Assembly (NCBI GenBank): GCA_021650915.1
Contig: CP091279.1
Span: 1,050,001 to 1,082,000 of the forward strand
Direction of reading: 5' to 3'
Length of the DNA: 32,000 bases
Source of the DNA: Candidatus Brocadia sp.
GTDB lineage: Bacteria; Planctomycetota; Brocadiia; Brocadiales; Brocadiaceae
The notes under the pieces were generated by a model, which was not told the origin of the DNA, ran no database searches, and was given only the letters and a program-made list of their open reading frames with translations. A program made the translations under genes and the position numbers. Below, piece by piece: positions 1 through 9,729 of this stretch (positions are counted from its first letter, which is position 1; each line of letters opens with the position of its first letter).

Positions 1-1
1 T

Positions 2-433
2 CTCAGCCGGACTACCGTAGTGGAGAATATTGAACTTCCCCTTATTTATCGGAAAAGTCTGAAGAAAGGCGACCTTGACAGGATTCACCAAATCATGCAC
101 ATTCTGGGCATTAAGGGATTTGGCCGGCATTATCCCAACCAATTATCCGGTGGGCAGCAACAACGGGTTGCCATTGCGCGCGCCATTATTACTGACCCTA
201 CATTACTCCTTGCAGATGAACCGACAGGAAACCTTGACAGCGCCACCAGCAAAGACGTCATGAGCATCCTCCGCGATCTTAACCAAAACATGGGGATTAC
301 CATTGTGCTGGTCACCCATGAAACGGATATTGCGCTTTACGCCCGCAGGGTCATTGTTCTTAAGGATGGCAAGATATTAAGTGATAGCCGCTCTCCATCG
401 TCTGACATAGCTGCGTCTCCTTTTCATGATTGA
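2..433 (+). CDS. ABC transporter ATP-binding protein, MacB/LolD type, C-terminal part (5' end lies outside the window)
   Basis: The reading frame is open to the window edge. It has the ABC signature [14 protein letters not shown], Walker [13 protein letters not shown] and H-loop VLVTHE. Confidence 0.9.
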   Translation, partial: LSRTTVVENIELPLIYRKSLKKGDLDRIHQIMHILGIKGFGRHYPNQLSGGQQQRVAIARAIITDPTLLLADEPTGNLDSATSKDVMSILRDLNQNMGITIVLVTHETDIALYARRVIVLKDGKILSDSRSPSSDIAASPFHD

Positions 434-487
434 TCTCTTCGACACCATGAATCGTAACAAACAAACCTCTGTCCTCTTTTGTAATCA

Positions 488-1696
488 ATGACAGCGCTTC
501 TAAAAATAGCTCTCCGTGCAATTCAGAGGAATAAGTTACGGTCTTCCCTGACCGTGCTGGGCATTATCATTGGCGTCGGCGCCGTCATTGTCATGGTAAG
601 CATCGGCCAGGGAGCAAAGGCCTTTGTTGAAAAGCAACTGGAGAGTCTGGGCACCAATGTCCTCATCATTATTCCCATCAGCACTACCCATACCTCAGCC
701 AGGGGCACAACGGGCACTATTACCTTAACCGCGGAAGACGCCTTTGCAATGGAGAAGGAATGCGGCGCCGTCAGTTACGTTTCACCGGGAATCAGGACCA
801 GCACCCAGGTGGTTTACGGCAACATGAACTGGACAACCTTTGTCTCCGGCGTGGGACCGGATTTTCAGACCATACGCAACTGGCAACTGGAATCGGGAAG
901 GTTTATTACCCAGCAGGACGCAAATAGTATGGCAAAGGTATGCCTCCTGGGGCAGACGGTGGTAACGAACCTTTTTGGGACAATGAACCCTGTTGGCCAG
1001 TGGATTCGGGTAAACAACATCCCCTTTCGGGTAATTGGCGTCCTCTACCCGAAAGGTCAATCGCCTACCGGACAAGATCAGGACGACATGGTGCTCATGC
1101 CGTACACAACCGTTCAAAGGAAAATTATGGGCGTAACGCATATTGGCTACGTCCTGGCGTCAACGATTACTGCCGAGTCGCGGTTTGAGGCCATGGAACA
1201 GATTACTTCCCTCTTGCGACAGCGCCACCGCTTGAGACCTCACGAAGAAAATGATTTCACCGTCATCAGCCAGGTGGAATTTGCTTCGACGGTGATGGAA
1301 ACAAGCCATACGATGGGCATACTCCTTGGGAGTATTGCCCTAGTATCCCTGTTTGTCGGCGGTATCGGCATTATGAACATCATGCTGGTTTCCACAACCG
1401 AAAGGACGAGAGAGATTGGCATCAGGATGGCAGTCGGCGCAAAGGAAAAGGACATCCTCTTCCAGTTTCTGATCGAATCGACGGTGCTGAGCTCGCTTGG
1501 CGGGTTGATTGGAATAATTTTTGGCATTTTTACGTCAAAATTAGTCTCTTACTATGGCGGCTGGCCATCGTTGGTATCTCCTCCCTCCATCGCCGTTGCC
1601 TTTCTCTTTTCCAATGTGGTCGGCATCTTCTTTGGTTATTACCCGGCCAGAAAGGCATCAAGACTCAACCCCATTGAGGCGCTCCGGTATGAATAA
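488..1696 (+). CDS. ABC transporter permease, MacB/FtsX family
   Basis: 402-aa ORF with an N-terminal TM helix, a periplasmic MacB-like domain and a C-terminal FtsX-type four-TM block (TERTREIGIRMAVGA motif). It sits directly downstream of the ATPase gene. Confidence 0.85.
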   Translation: MTALLKIALRAIQRNKLRSSLTVLGIIIGVGAVIVMVSIGQGAKAFVEKQLESLGTNVLIIIPISTTHTSARGTTGTITLTAEDAFAMEKECGAVSYVSPGIRTSTQVVYGNMNWTTFVSGVGPDFQTIRNWQLESGRFITQQDANSMAKVCLLGQTVVTNLFGTMNPVGQWIRVNNIPFRVIGVLYPKGQSPTGQDQDDMVLMPYTTVQRKIMGVTHIGYVLASTITAESRFEAMEQITSLLRQRHRLRPHEENDFTVISQVEFASTVMETSHTMGILLGSIALVSLFVGGIGIMNIMLVSTTERTREIGIRMAVGAKEKDILFQFLIESTVLSSLGGLIGIIFGIFTSKLVSYYGGWPSLVSPPSIAVAFLFSNVVGIFFGYYPARKASRLNPIEALRYE

Positions 1697-1728
1697 GACA
1701 AAATTTCATGTTTAGGAAATTCAAACTG

Positions 1729-1795
1729 GTAGCCGCAGACTTCAGTCTGCGCAGGCTAAAGCCATGCGGCTATCCAAGTCGTTGCCTTTGGCAAC
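1729..1795. repeat. Structured GC-rich palindromic element (REP-like) plus a small hairpin after the ABC operon; possibly acts as a terminator
   Basis: Outer arms are gtagccgca (1729-1737) and tgcggctat (1765-1773). They enclose the sub-hairpins gcagact/agtctgc (1735-1750) and gcaggc/gcc.tgc. A further hairpin gttgcc-ttt-ggcaac lies at 1781-1795. Confidence 0.4.
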
Positions 1796-1916
1796 CTAAT
1801 TTAGGGTCTTCAGGCAAGTGAGTGGGTAATTTTGAGCAGTAAATTGGCTACTATATAGCATAAAATAAGAGGAAAAAGAGGTTTTCTATGAGCAAAAAAA
1901 TCTGTAAGATTTCTCT

Positions 1917-2640
1917 ATGGAAAAAAAGAGGAGACTGCGGGACGAATATCGGTTCCCCGGATTTGGTTCGAAAGCAGAAATAAAGGGGATATTTGGAGAC
2001 TCGAAGGCACGGGTTATTCAACTGAAGCGGACACAAAAAAACGGTATGCGGGTGTTGTGGAAAAATTCATGGGAGTTATTACGACAAGAGGGTGCGTTGG
2101 ATACGGGATTTATCCTGTGGCGATGCAAGGATCTACCTGGAAGTAGAGGTGCGGCGAGTATTATGTCAGAAGTGTGAAAAGGTGAAGCGGGAGAAACTGG
2201 AATGGCTTGCGAACAACCCCTTTTACATGAAGCGGTTTGCCTATTCTGTGGGACGGAAGTCTCGGGTAATGACCCTAAAGGATGTGGCGCAGGAGTTCAA
2301 GCTGGACTGGAATACGGTGAAGACATTAGACAAAGAATACATGCAGGAGCAACTTCGGAGGTATCCAATAGCAGCGCCTGGGGTGATAGGGATAGATGAG
2401 GTATCTTTGAGGAAAGGGCATACGTATCGGATAGTGGTGAGTGATTTGGAGCGTAGAAGACCGATTTGGTTTGGAGGAAAGGATGGATCAAAAGAGAGTC
2501 TTGATATATTTTACCAATGACTTGGCGCAAAGAAGGTAAAGAAGAGACGGTTAGCAGTAATGGATATGTGGAAGGCATTTGAGAAGTCAACGAGAGAGAA
2601 TGCGTCCCAATCTGCTATTCTCTATGACAAGTTTCATGTG
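1917..2640 (+). pseudogene. ISL3-family transposase gene, decayed and 3'-truncated
   Basis: ISL3-type motifs are spread over two frames (1917-2177 and 2092-2520): RRVLCQKCEKVKREKLEWL, GIDEVSLRKGHTYRIVVSDLE, then AVMDMWKAFEKS and YDKFHV. Between the last two blocks an in-frame TGA falls in FYQ*LG, where homologues have W. The reading ends abruptly at the left inverted repeat of the next IS (2642). A possible left IS end, gggtcttcaggcaag, lies near 1804. Confidence 0.78.
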
Positions 2641-2641
2641 A

Positions 2642-4074
2642 TATCATTACTTTGTTAAAAATTTAGTAACGTTGTCAAGTGGAGACCTGAGAAAAGTCCT
2701 CCAATGTATAGTTGTCACGCATCAAAGCCGTTGTAGTAATAGGCAAGCCGAATTTTGGTAACGTTCAGCGCCCCGGCAACACTCCATTTGCTCACATTCA
2801 CCCGCAGGTTAACCGTACGTATGACGCGCTCTACATTACTTGTCGTTCTGCCATTGAGCCTCTTTTCTATCGCCGTAAACATATCAGGCCTGGCATTCTC
2901 AAGATAAGACGCGGTATGAGCATATCCCTTCGACAAACAATACTGAATCACCTCTTCCAATCGTTTCCTCTTGGACTCTATCATTTTCTCGATGGTCTTC
3001 TGACAATCAACCAATGACCGTATCGCACAGACATCCATAAGCTCCGACATTACCTCCAGCCATTCTTTCCCCTTGCTCTTGACCCCATCCTGCCACAATA
3101 CATACTTTGCCTGATACGGAATATGCCACAAACATCTCTGAACAAGCACCTTGACCTTACCTTTCAAACTATCCAAAATAGAGGTGTCTCCATCGGTTGT
3201 CAAAAGAAACTGGGAAAACTTCCTGAACACCTTAATACTCTTACCAAAAAGCTTTTCCCAACTGCCGTTGTAATTCCCTATGTCAAGCCCTGCCACCCTC
3301 ACCCCTCCACCTCTCTTATATTGCACAAAGACCTTGAGTTCCTTGCCTCGTTTGGCTATCCCCTTAATCCCTACCCCTGTCCCGTCTGCTTCTCCCAAGG
3401 GAAGTCCCTTCTCGTCGAGTTGAAAATCTATCTCTGCTGCCGTCTTTTGTACCGATTTCCCTATCGTCATCTTGTCTACGGTCCAGCCAAACATCGACAC
3501 GATTTTTTTCGCCACCCGGTAGGTCGTTAACGACCCTACCAGACCAAGCCTCCGATACGTCTCCGGTGGTATTCGCTTCATCCGCTCCATCCCGAGAAGC
3601 TTTCGCGTTATATACATCTTATGACCGCACCTCTTGCACTGCACCTGCAACTGCTCTAATCTCACCCACTGAAAGACCGTCAGTATCCTCGTCTCTTTTC
3701 CATGCCTCGTCTTCCAGATAAACCCCTTGTCATTCCCACATTCGTCGCAGCAAAATGGCTTCCGGGATTGCGCCATCGCACTCTCACCAAAACCAACCAC
3801 GATCTTCTGAATAAAATCCCTTAATATCTCCGGCAGTATCTTGCAAAATGCCTTGAGAATCGACTCCAGGCTGCCGTCCTTTAATTCAACCCGAATTTGA
3901 CAACCAAATTCTACTGTGATACTCTCTGTGCATAGGGTTGCTCCCATATAGCCCTCCTTTTCTTTATGGTTTAGTTTCTTGTATCAAAACTATTTTTTAC
4001 CATATTTGGAGGGCTTTTTCTTTAACCAAGTCTCTCTTTTTCTACTCTACCAAAGTTTTAACAAAGTAATGATA
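2642..4074 (-). mobile_element. Intact insertion sequence (about 1.43 kb) with 19-bp perfect terminal inverted repeats
   Basis: tatcattactttgttaaaa at 2642-2660 is the exact reverse complement of 4056-4074. A single 410-aa transposase ORF fills the interior. I saw no unambiguous target-site duplication. Confidence 0.8.
2715..3947 (-). CDS. Transposase, family uncertain (architecture resembles ISKra4 / ISLre2 / ISH6-type DDE enzymes)
   Basis: 410-aa ORF bracketed by the inverted repeats. It has N-terminal Cys pairs (CCDECG ... CKRCG) and the C-terminal motifs RCLWHIPYQ and TTSNVERVIRTVNLRV. The family assignment is from memory and has not been searched. Confidence 0.75.
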   Translation of the reverse strand: MGATLCTESITVEFGCQIRVELKDGSLESILKAFCKILPEILRDFIQKIVVGFGESAMAQSRKPFCCDECGNDKGFIWKTRHGKETRILTVFQWVRLEQLQVQCKRCGHKMYITRKLLGMERMKRIPPETYRRLGLVGSLTTYRVAKKIVSMFGWTVDKMTIGKSVQKTAAEIDFQLDEKGLPLGEADGTGVGIKGIAKRGKELKVFVQYKRGGGVRVAGLDIGNYNGSWEKLFGKSIKVFRKFSQFLLTTDGDTSILDSLKGKVKVLVQRCLWHIPYQAKYVLWQDGVKSKGKEWLEVMSELMDVCAIRSLVDCQKTIEKMIESKRKRLEEVIQYCLSKGYAHTASYLENARPDMFTAIEKRLNGRTTSNVERVIRTVNLRVNVSKWSVAGALNVTKIRLAYYYNGFDA

Positions 4075-4079
4075 AAGAA

Positions 4080-4277
4080 TTGAATTTAAAGGCGACTGTC
4101 TGCTCTGATAATTATGCAAAGGCAAAACTCGCTTTCGCAGCGATGAAACACGGCCAGGGTCTGAAGGTGGTAGTTGATTATGAAGTAGCCGTAACCGATC
4201 TGACAAAGGCCATGAGATCCGAAGAATACAAGGTTTTAAAACAAACCAGAAATAATCGAAACAAACTAATACTTTGA
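4080..4277 (+). CDS. TusA/SirA-like small protein, possibly N-terminally truncated by the IS
   Basis: The pattern LKATVCSDNYAKAKLAFAAMKHGQGLKVVVDYEVAVTDLTKAMRSEEYKVL mirrors the TusA fold signature, with CS in place of the usual CP. There is no ATG: only a TTG at 4080, and the frame runs into the IS inverted repeat. Confidence 0.3.
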   Translation: MNLKATVCSDNYAKAKLAFAAMKHGQGLKVVVDYEVAVTDLTKAMRSEEYKVLKQTRNNRNKLIL

Positions 4278-4931
4278 CACATTTATCTCTTCCATTTTCC
4301 CGGTAACCATGAATACGATCCGCTCGGCAATATTGGTAACCCGGTCAGCAATGCGCTCCAGGTTGTGGGATACCCAAATGAGATAGGTTGCCATGTGGAT
4401 TATCTTCGGGTTCTCCATCATCAGCAACAGGAGTTCCCGGTAAATCTGGTCATGAAGGGCATCTACCTGATCATCTTCACTGCAGACAAGCCTTGCCATT
4501 TCTATATCCCGCTGGAGAAATGCCTTGAGACAGGTATCGAGCATGGATAGTCCGATATCGGCCATCCTGGGGATGTCGATCAGGGGCTTCACGAGTGGCT
4601 CTTTGCCAAGCAGAATATTTATCTTTGCAATTCCCTCCGCGTGGTCACCCATGCGTTCGAGGTCAGTGATGATGCTTAAGATCGATGCCAGCTCTCTCAA
4701 ATCAACCGCCATCGGTTGCTGTGTGGCAATAAGAGAAATACACTTTTCTTCAATATCAAACCGTTTTTTATTGATAAGAAGGTCGTTCTTTACGATCTCA
4801 CCGGATGCGTTGGTATCCCTTTTTTTCAATGCCTCTACAGATTTCCTTATGGCATCTGCCACCATATTTCCCATCTGCAGCACTTCGTCCTCAAGATGTT
4901 TTAACGCCTTGTGATAGGCTTCACGTGCCAT
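4266..4931 (-). CDS. phoU: Phosphate signalling complex protein PhoU
   Basis: 221 aa with duplicated PhoU repeats (E..ID.. / LERIGDHA-like motifs: DLERMGDHAEGIA and NLERIADRVTNIA). It is the last gene of the pst operon. Confidence 0.93.
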   Translation of the reverse strand: MAREAYHKALKHLEDEVLQMGNMVADAIRKSVEALKKRDTNASGEIVKNDLLINKKRFDIEEKCISLIATQQPMAVDLRELASILSIITDLERMGDHAEGIAKINILLGKEPLVKPLIDIPRMADIGLSMLDTCLKAFLQRDIEMARLVCSEDDQVDALHDQIYRELLLLMMENPKIIHMATYLIWVSHNLERIADRVTNIAERIVFMVTGKMEEINVSKY

Positions 4932-5009
4932 GATTTCTCCTGTTCATTAGGTAAAGTTTATTGCAACCGTACAAAATCTTTCTTTTCTACAAGGTTTTTA
5001 AATGGTTAT

Positions 5010-5789
5010 TTATCCAAACCTTCCCGTAATATAATCCTCTGTCTGTTTTTCCCGCGGGTTCGTGAATATATCGGTGGTAATGTTAAATTCTATGAGTTCA
5101 CCAAGCATGAAAAAACCGGTATAGTCAGATATCCTGGCCGCCTGCTGCATATTATGCGTAACGATGATGACGGTGTAATCTTTCTTCAGTTCGACCAGCA
5201 TGTCTTCTATCTTGGCTGTGGCAATGGGGTCCAGGGCGGAACAGGGTTCGTCAAGGAGTATGATTTCAGGTTCCGTGGCGATTGCCCGGGCAATGCAAAT
5301 CCGCTGCTGCTGGCCACCGGAAAGATCAAGGGCATTTACCCGCAGCCGATCCTTTACCTCATCCCAGAGCGCAGCCTTTTTCAAGGCGTTTTCGCAAAGC
5401 TCATCGAGGGCACTCTTTTTATTGATACCCTGGACACGAGGACCGTATACCACATTCTCGTAAATAGTTTTGGGGAAGGGATTCGGTTTCTGGAAGACCA
5501 TGCCAACCTTTTTTCTCAGTTCCGTGACATCAACCGCAGGGGCATAGATGTCCTGACCATCGATCTTAATGCTTCCTTCGATCTTCACGCTGTCTATGAG
5601 ATCGTTCATGCGATTCAAGCATCGGATCAGGGTGGATTTCCCGCACCCGGACGGGCCAATAAACGAGGTTATCTTTTTTTTCGAAATATCCAGGTTTATA
5701 TTTTTGAGCGCCTTAGTCTTGCCATAATGAAGAGAAAGGTCTATGATATTAACAATCGGCTCAGATACGGTTATGCGTGCTCTTTCCAT
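5010..5789 (-). CDS. pstB: Phosphate ABC transporter ATP-binding protein PstB
   Basis: Motifs [35 protein letters not shown] and [10 protein letters not shown] prefer the start at MERARITV (5789) because the length matches typical PstB; an upstream ATG at 5828 is the alternative. Confidence 0.93.
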   Translation of the reverse strand: MERARITVSEPIVNIIDLSLHYGKTKALKNINLDISKKKITSFIGPSGCGKSTLIRCLNRMNDLIDSVKIEGSIKIDGQDIYAPAVDVTELRKKVGMVFQKPNPFPKTIYENVVYGPRVQGINKKSALDELCENALKKAALWDEVKDRLRVNALDLSGGQQQRICIARAIATEPEIILLDEPCSALDPIATAKIEDMLVELKKDYTVIIVTHNMQQAARISDYTGFFMLGELIEFNITTDIFTNPREKQTEDYITGRFG

Positions 5790-5803
5790 AAATCTTTTTA
5801 TAT

Positions 5804-7402
5804 TTAAATTGCCCCCCGGCTGTACCATTTTTTTAACTTATTTCTCACCACGATGGCCGTAAGGTTTAAGATAAGCACCGTGAAGAGCAAGACGAGGGTT
5901 GTGGTATAAACCATAGGGATGGCAGCTTCGACATTGGGCGATTGAAAGCCGACGTCGTAAATGTGAAATCCCAGGTGCATAAATTTCCTTTCCAGATGGA
6001 TGTAAGGAAAGTGGCCGTCAATTGGCAAAGAGGGAGCCAGTTTCACAACGCCGGTAATCATCAGGGGCGCAACTTCTCCTGCAGCCCGTGCCATAGCCAG
6101 AATAGTGCCCGTAAGGATACCGGGGGTCGCCTGGGGGATCACCACTTTCCAGAGCGTTTCAAACTTGGTAGCGCCGAGCGCATAAGAGCCTTCACGTATA
6201 GCCCTGGGTACAGAAGAGAGCCCCTCCTCCGTTGCCACCACAACCACCGGCACCGTCAGGAGCGACAGGGTGAGCGCTGCCCACAAGATACCCCCCGTTC
6301 CATACGTAGGGGTTGGCAGCGCATCAGAAAAAAAGAGTTTGTCAATCCCCCCGCCCAAAAAATAGATAAAAAACCCCAGACCAAAGACACCAAAGACAAT
6401 GGATGGCACACCCGCCAGATTGCTCACCGATATCCTCACCAGTCGGGAAACAAAACTGTCGCCGGCATATTCTTTCAGGTATACCGCCGTCAATACGCCG
6501 AGGGGAACAACGGCGATACTCATAATCAGCACCATCATAACTGTCCCGAAAATAGCGGGAAAAACGCCGCCTTCCGTATTTGCTTCCCGCGGATCATCCC
6601 AGACAAACTCCCAGAATTTTGCGAAATAAAAACCGGTTTTGGAAAATATCCCCATCTCGTTTGGCGCATAAAAGCGAATGATCTGAAAAACGGGCACAAT
6701 CTCTTCCCTGCCGTCTGCAAGAAGCACCACAAGCTCTTTTTCGCGCGCCTTCTCATAGAGCGCGACAAGGGTAGCTTCTTTTTCCCGGTAGCTGTTTTCC
6801 AGATGTTCCATCCTCGCCATGACTGCATCAATCTTGTTCTGAATTTTTTCAGATGGATGCTGAGACTTCAGGCCTTCCAAAGCAAGGCGGAATTTTTCCA
6901 TCCGGTAATTTATATTCCCAATTTCCTTCTTCTCCACATACCGTATCTTTTTATAAAGGGCGTGGTTTTCTGCGAGCAAAGAGGCCAGGCCTTCAGCCTT
7001 CAGGGGTTGAACACCTTCATTTCGCCGCAGGCCGTATAAAAAGCCATACAGATTGCCCCATTCACGCCTCTCCACCGTCAGGGCATGCACGGGATACGTC
7101 TGAGATACAATATCAGCGTTATCTATCCACCGGAAGTCCATCCCATAGACGTCCCTGTTGCCAACCTTGAGTTTTGTCCGATACGCACCTTTTTGATGAG
7201 GAACCAACTCTCTTTCGGCAACCTCTCCCATCACCGCCGTACCGTCCCGGAGGGTAAACCGAACGATTTGCCGAGGCCAGAAGATGTCAAATCCATTGAT
7301 CATGATCAGCACAATCAAACCCGATATCATCAGGAGAGAGACCGTCAGCGTTCCGGCGGTCAGCCATATATAATGATTGCCTGATCTCAGAAATTTTTTC
7401 AT
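5804..7402 (-). CDS. pstA: Phosphate ABC transporter permease PstA, long form (532 aa)
   Basis: The C-terminal half is a typical PstA permease core ([29 protein letters not shown]). Its start overlaps the pstC stop by 4 nt. An insert of about 230 aa follows TM1. Confidence 0.9.
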   Translation of the reverse strand: MKKFLRSGNHYIWLTAGTLTVSLLMISGLIVLIMINGFDIFWPRQIVRFTLRDGTAVMGEVAERELVPHQKGAYRTKLKVGNRDVYGMDFRWIDNADIVSQTYPVHALTVERREWGNLYGFLYGLRRNEGVQPLKAEGLASLLAENHALYKKIRYVEKKEIGNINYRMEKFRLALEGLKSQHPSEKIQNKIDAVMARMEHLENSYREKEATLVALYEKAREKELVVLLADGREEIVPVFQIIRFYAPNEMGIFSKTGFYFAKFWEFVWDDPREANTEGGVFPAIFGTVMMVLIMSIAVVPLGVLTAVYLKEYAGDSFVSRLVRISVSNLAGVPSIVFGVFGLGFFIYFLGGGIDKLFFSDALPTPTYGTGGILWAALTLSLLTVPVVVVATEEGLSSVPRAIREGSYALGATKFETLWKVVIPQATPGILTGTILAMARAAGEVAPLMITGVVKLAPSLPIDGHFPYIHLERKFMHLGFHIYDVGFQSPNVEAAIPMVYTTTLVLLFTVLILNLTAIVVRNKLKKWYSRGAI

Positions 7403-9726
7403 AGCTTACTGTACCGTAGTTTCATCCTCTGCCGAACCGTTTCTGCAATGGTATTAACAACAAAGGTGGTAATAAAAAGGAGCAACGCAGCCAGAAAAAG
7501 CACCCGGTAAAGCGTTCCGCCATGCGGAGCCTCCGGAATCTCAACCGCAATATTTGCAGAAAGCGCCCGGAATCCGTTGAATAAATTCCAGTCCATTATC
7601 GGGGTGTTGCCGGTTGCCATAAGGACAATCATGGTTTCACCCACAGCCCTGCCAAATCCGATCATGACGGCTGAAAAGATGCCCGGACTTGCCGTGGGTA
7701 ATACCACCCTGACCGCGGTCTGCCATGGAGTGGCGCCAAGGGCAAGCGAAGCCGATCTGAGACTGTGAGGAACATTGCTCATGGCGTCTTCCGATATCGT
7801 AAAGATGAGAGGGATCACGGCAAACCCCATAGCAATACCCACCACAAGGGCATTTCTCTGATCGTATTGTAATCCAAGGATATGGGAAAGCCATTCCCGG
7901 TAATCACCTTCAAGAAAGAGGGACTCGTACCCGCCGCTTAGCAAAATCGATACATACACAGCGCCAATGATAAACGGAATTAAAAAAAGCGCCTCTATTC
8001 CATGACGGCACCACCCCCTTCCAAAGACCGGCAGGATCTTCCAGCACAAAATGGCTATAACAATGGAAAGGACGATGAAAAACGGCATGATGATAATCGC
8101 AGGAAATATTCTCTCCATGAGTGGCGCAAGCCAGAGTCCGGCAAGAAAACCGAGGATTACACTGGGAAGCGCCGCCATGATTTCAATAACCGGCTTTATG
8201 ATTTTCAGGGAATTGTGAAGAAACTGAGAGGTATACAGCGCCGCAAAGATGCCAATGGGTACGGCGATGACCAGGGCATAAAGGGTGCCTTTAATTGTGC
8301 CAAAGATTAACGGCACAAGACTCAGCTTCGGCTCAAAATCATCAGTCCCGCCGGTGGATTGCCAGACAAACTCCGGTTTTTCGTAACCCTCGTACCACAC
8401 CCGTCCGAACAGGGTTTTTGCGGTAATTTCCGGATGTGGATTGGAAATACTCCAGTGGAATAGCCGATTGTTTGCATCGACCGCAAAAATGCCGTCAGCT
8501 TTTGGTGCAAATGAAAGTGCTGTAAGGGTATGTCCCGTCTCAAGACACAAAAGAGTTTGTTCAGACGTAGCATGGTTAAGATGGATTGTTCCATCAGTCG
8601 CCGCGGTGAGAAACCCTTTATCACGCATTGACGGGGCAACCGCAAGAACCGGGGCTTTATGGGAGGCAAGGGTATGCACTTTTTTCAGCACCCATCCCGA
8701 AGATGACAGCGCATCTCTTGCCTGCATCCAAACATTTACTCCGCCACCGGCATCGCCGACGACAAGGGAAACGTCTCCCAATACAAAACCGAGTGCCGTT
8801 ACCGCATCACCCGACACTTTTACCTTTTCGACAAGATAAGGATTTTCTCTGTCCTTCACGTTTATGTGAAATAAGTCGCCAGATGACGTCCCCGCATACA
8901 GATTTTCCATAAAAAGATCAAGTGCAAGGGAGGTTATTTCCGTCTTGGCGCTCGGTTCCATCACATTTTCTGACAGGTCAAATGCCGTTCGCATTTCATC
9001 GGTATCGGCTTTTTCCAACCCACCCGTGTCTCCCATTTGCAGGAGATGAGCAACAGGGGAGAAGTTTTGAGTTAAATCATGCTCTACAAAAAGACCGGTA
9101 ATATCCTTCCGGATTTCTTTTTTTTCTCCGCTACCGAAAAGCGTTTTTTCAGTTTCGGAGGCCACAAGGACGAGATGGTTATCCTTGGTGCAAACGGCGG
9201 CAACAGTTGTACTGTCGTCTCCCCGGGAACTAATGCAGTGGATACCTTCTTTTTGATTGCTTGCCGGAATCCATCCTTCTTCAGATACTTCAGGGATAAC
9301 AGTCCGTCTGTCACCTGCAAATAACTCAGAGAAACTGATTGAGACCGCAAAGATCTTCCCATCATTGGTTCCCAGGAGCAGACGGTTGCGATCTTTATTA
9401 ACACACGTTATAACGGAGCTATTCAGGCCGGCAATAGGGTATCTTTTCAGGATTACACCATTTTGCAGAGAAATAAATTCCACCGTACCGTTGTTGTACA
9501 TACTATAAGCAATCTCCTGGTGGTCGTCCACACCCAGGGATATTGCCTTATCATGTACAGAGTAAGTGTTTTCCTTTGTTACTCTGGCGCCTTGTAAAAG
9601 CGGGTATACCTCCAGGAAAATAAAAACAAATAAGGCCAGGATAACAAAGACCGTGGCCGCTCCGCCGAGCTTAATTATCCAGCGGGCAGCCATGTCAGCA
9701 CACTTTCTTCGCTTTAAACTCTTCAT
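7399..9726 (-). CDS. pstC: Phosphate ABC transporter permease PstC, giant form (775 aa) with a large extracytoplasmic domain
   Basis: The C-terminal roughly 300 aa is a PstC core (SASLALGATPWQTAVRVVLPTASPGIFSA). The N-terminus has one TM helix followed by about 425 aa of repeated blade-like motifs. Confidence 0.9.
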   Translation of the reverse strand: MKSLKRRKCADMAARWIIKLGGAATVFVILALFVFIFLEVYPLLQGARVTKENTYSVHDKAISLGVDDHQEIAYSMYNNGTVEFISLQNGVILKRYPIAGLNSSVITCVNKDRNRLLLGTNDGKIFAVSISFSELFAGDRRTVIPEVSEEGWIPASNQKEGIHCISSRGDDSTTVAAVCTKDNHLVLVASETEKTLFGSGEKKEIRKDITGLFVEHDLTQNFSPVAHLLQMGDTGGLEKADTDEMRTAFDLSENVMEPSAKTEITSLALDLFMENLYAGTSSGDLFHINVKDRENPYLVEKVKVSGDAVTALGFVLGDVSLVVGDAGGGVNVWMQARDALSSSGWVLKKVHTLASHKAPVLAVAPSMRDKGFLTAATDGTIHLNHATSEQTLLCLETGHTLTALSFAPKADGIFAVDANNRLFHWSISNPHPEITAKTLFGRVWYEGYEKPEFVWQSTGGTDDFEPKLSLVPLIFGTIKGTLYALVIAVPIGIFAALYTSQFLHNSLKIIKPVIEIMAALPSVILGFLAGLWLAPLMERIFPAIIIMPFFIVLSIVIAILCWKILPVFGRGWCRHGIEALFLIPFIIGAVYVSILLSGGYESLFLEGDYREWLSHILGLQYDQRNALVVGIAMGFAVIPLIFTISEDAMSNVPHSLRSASLALGATPWQTAVRVVLPTASPGIFSAVMIGFGRAVGETMIVLMATGNTPIMDWNLFNGFRALSANIAVEIPEAPHGGTLYRVLFLAALLLFITTFVVNTIAETVRQRMKLRYSKL

Positions 9727-9729
9727 GAA

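Noticed and set aside
2712-3530. Plus-strand ORFs 2712-3017 and 3123-3530 inside the IS
   Set aside because: They lie antisense to the 410-aa transposase that fills the element between its inverted repeats, and they have no motifs.
5942-7039. 365-aa ORF on the plus strand; similar long ORFs occur at 4911-5807, 8441-8839, 18877-19608 and 19409-19810
   Set aside because: These ORFs lie antisense to strongly supported genes (pstA, pstB, pstC, feoB). Their sequences are low-complexity and rich in R/H/P, with no recognisable motifs. They are shadow ORFs.
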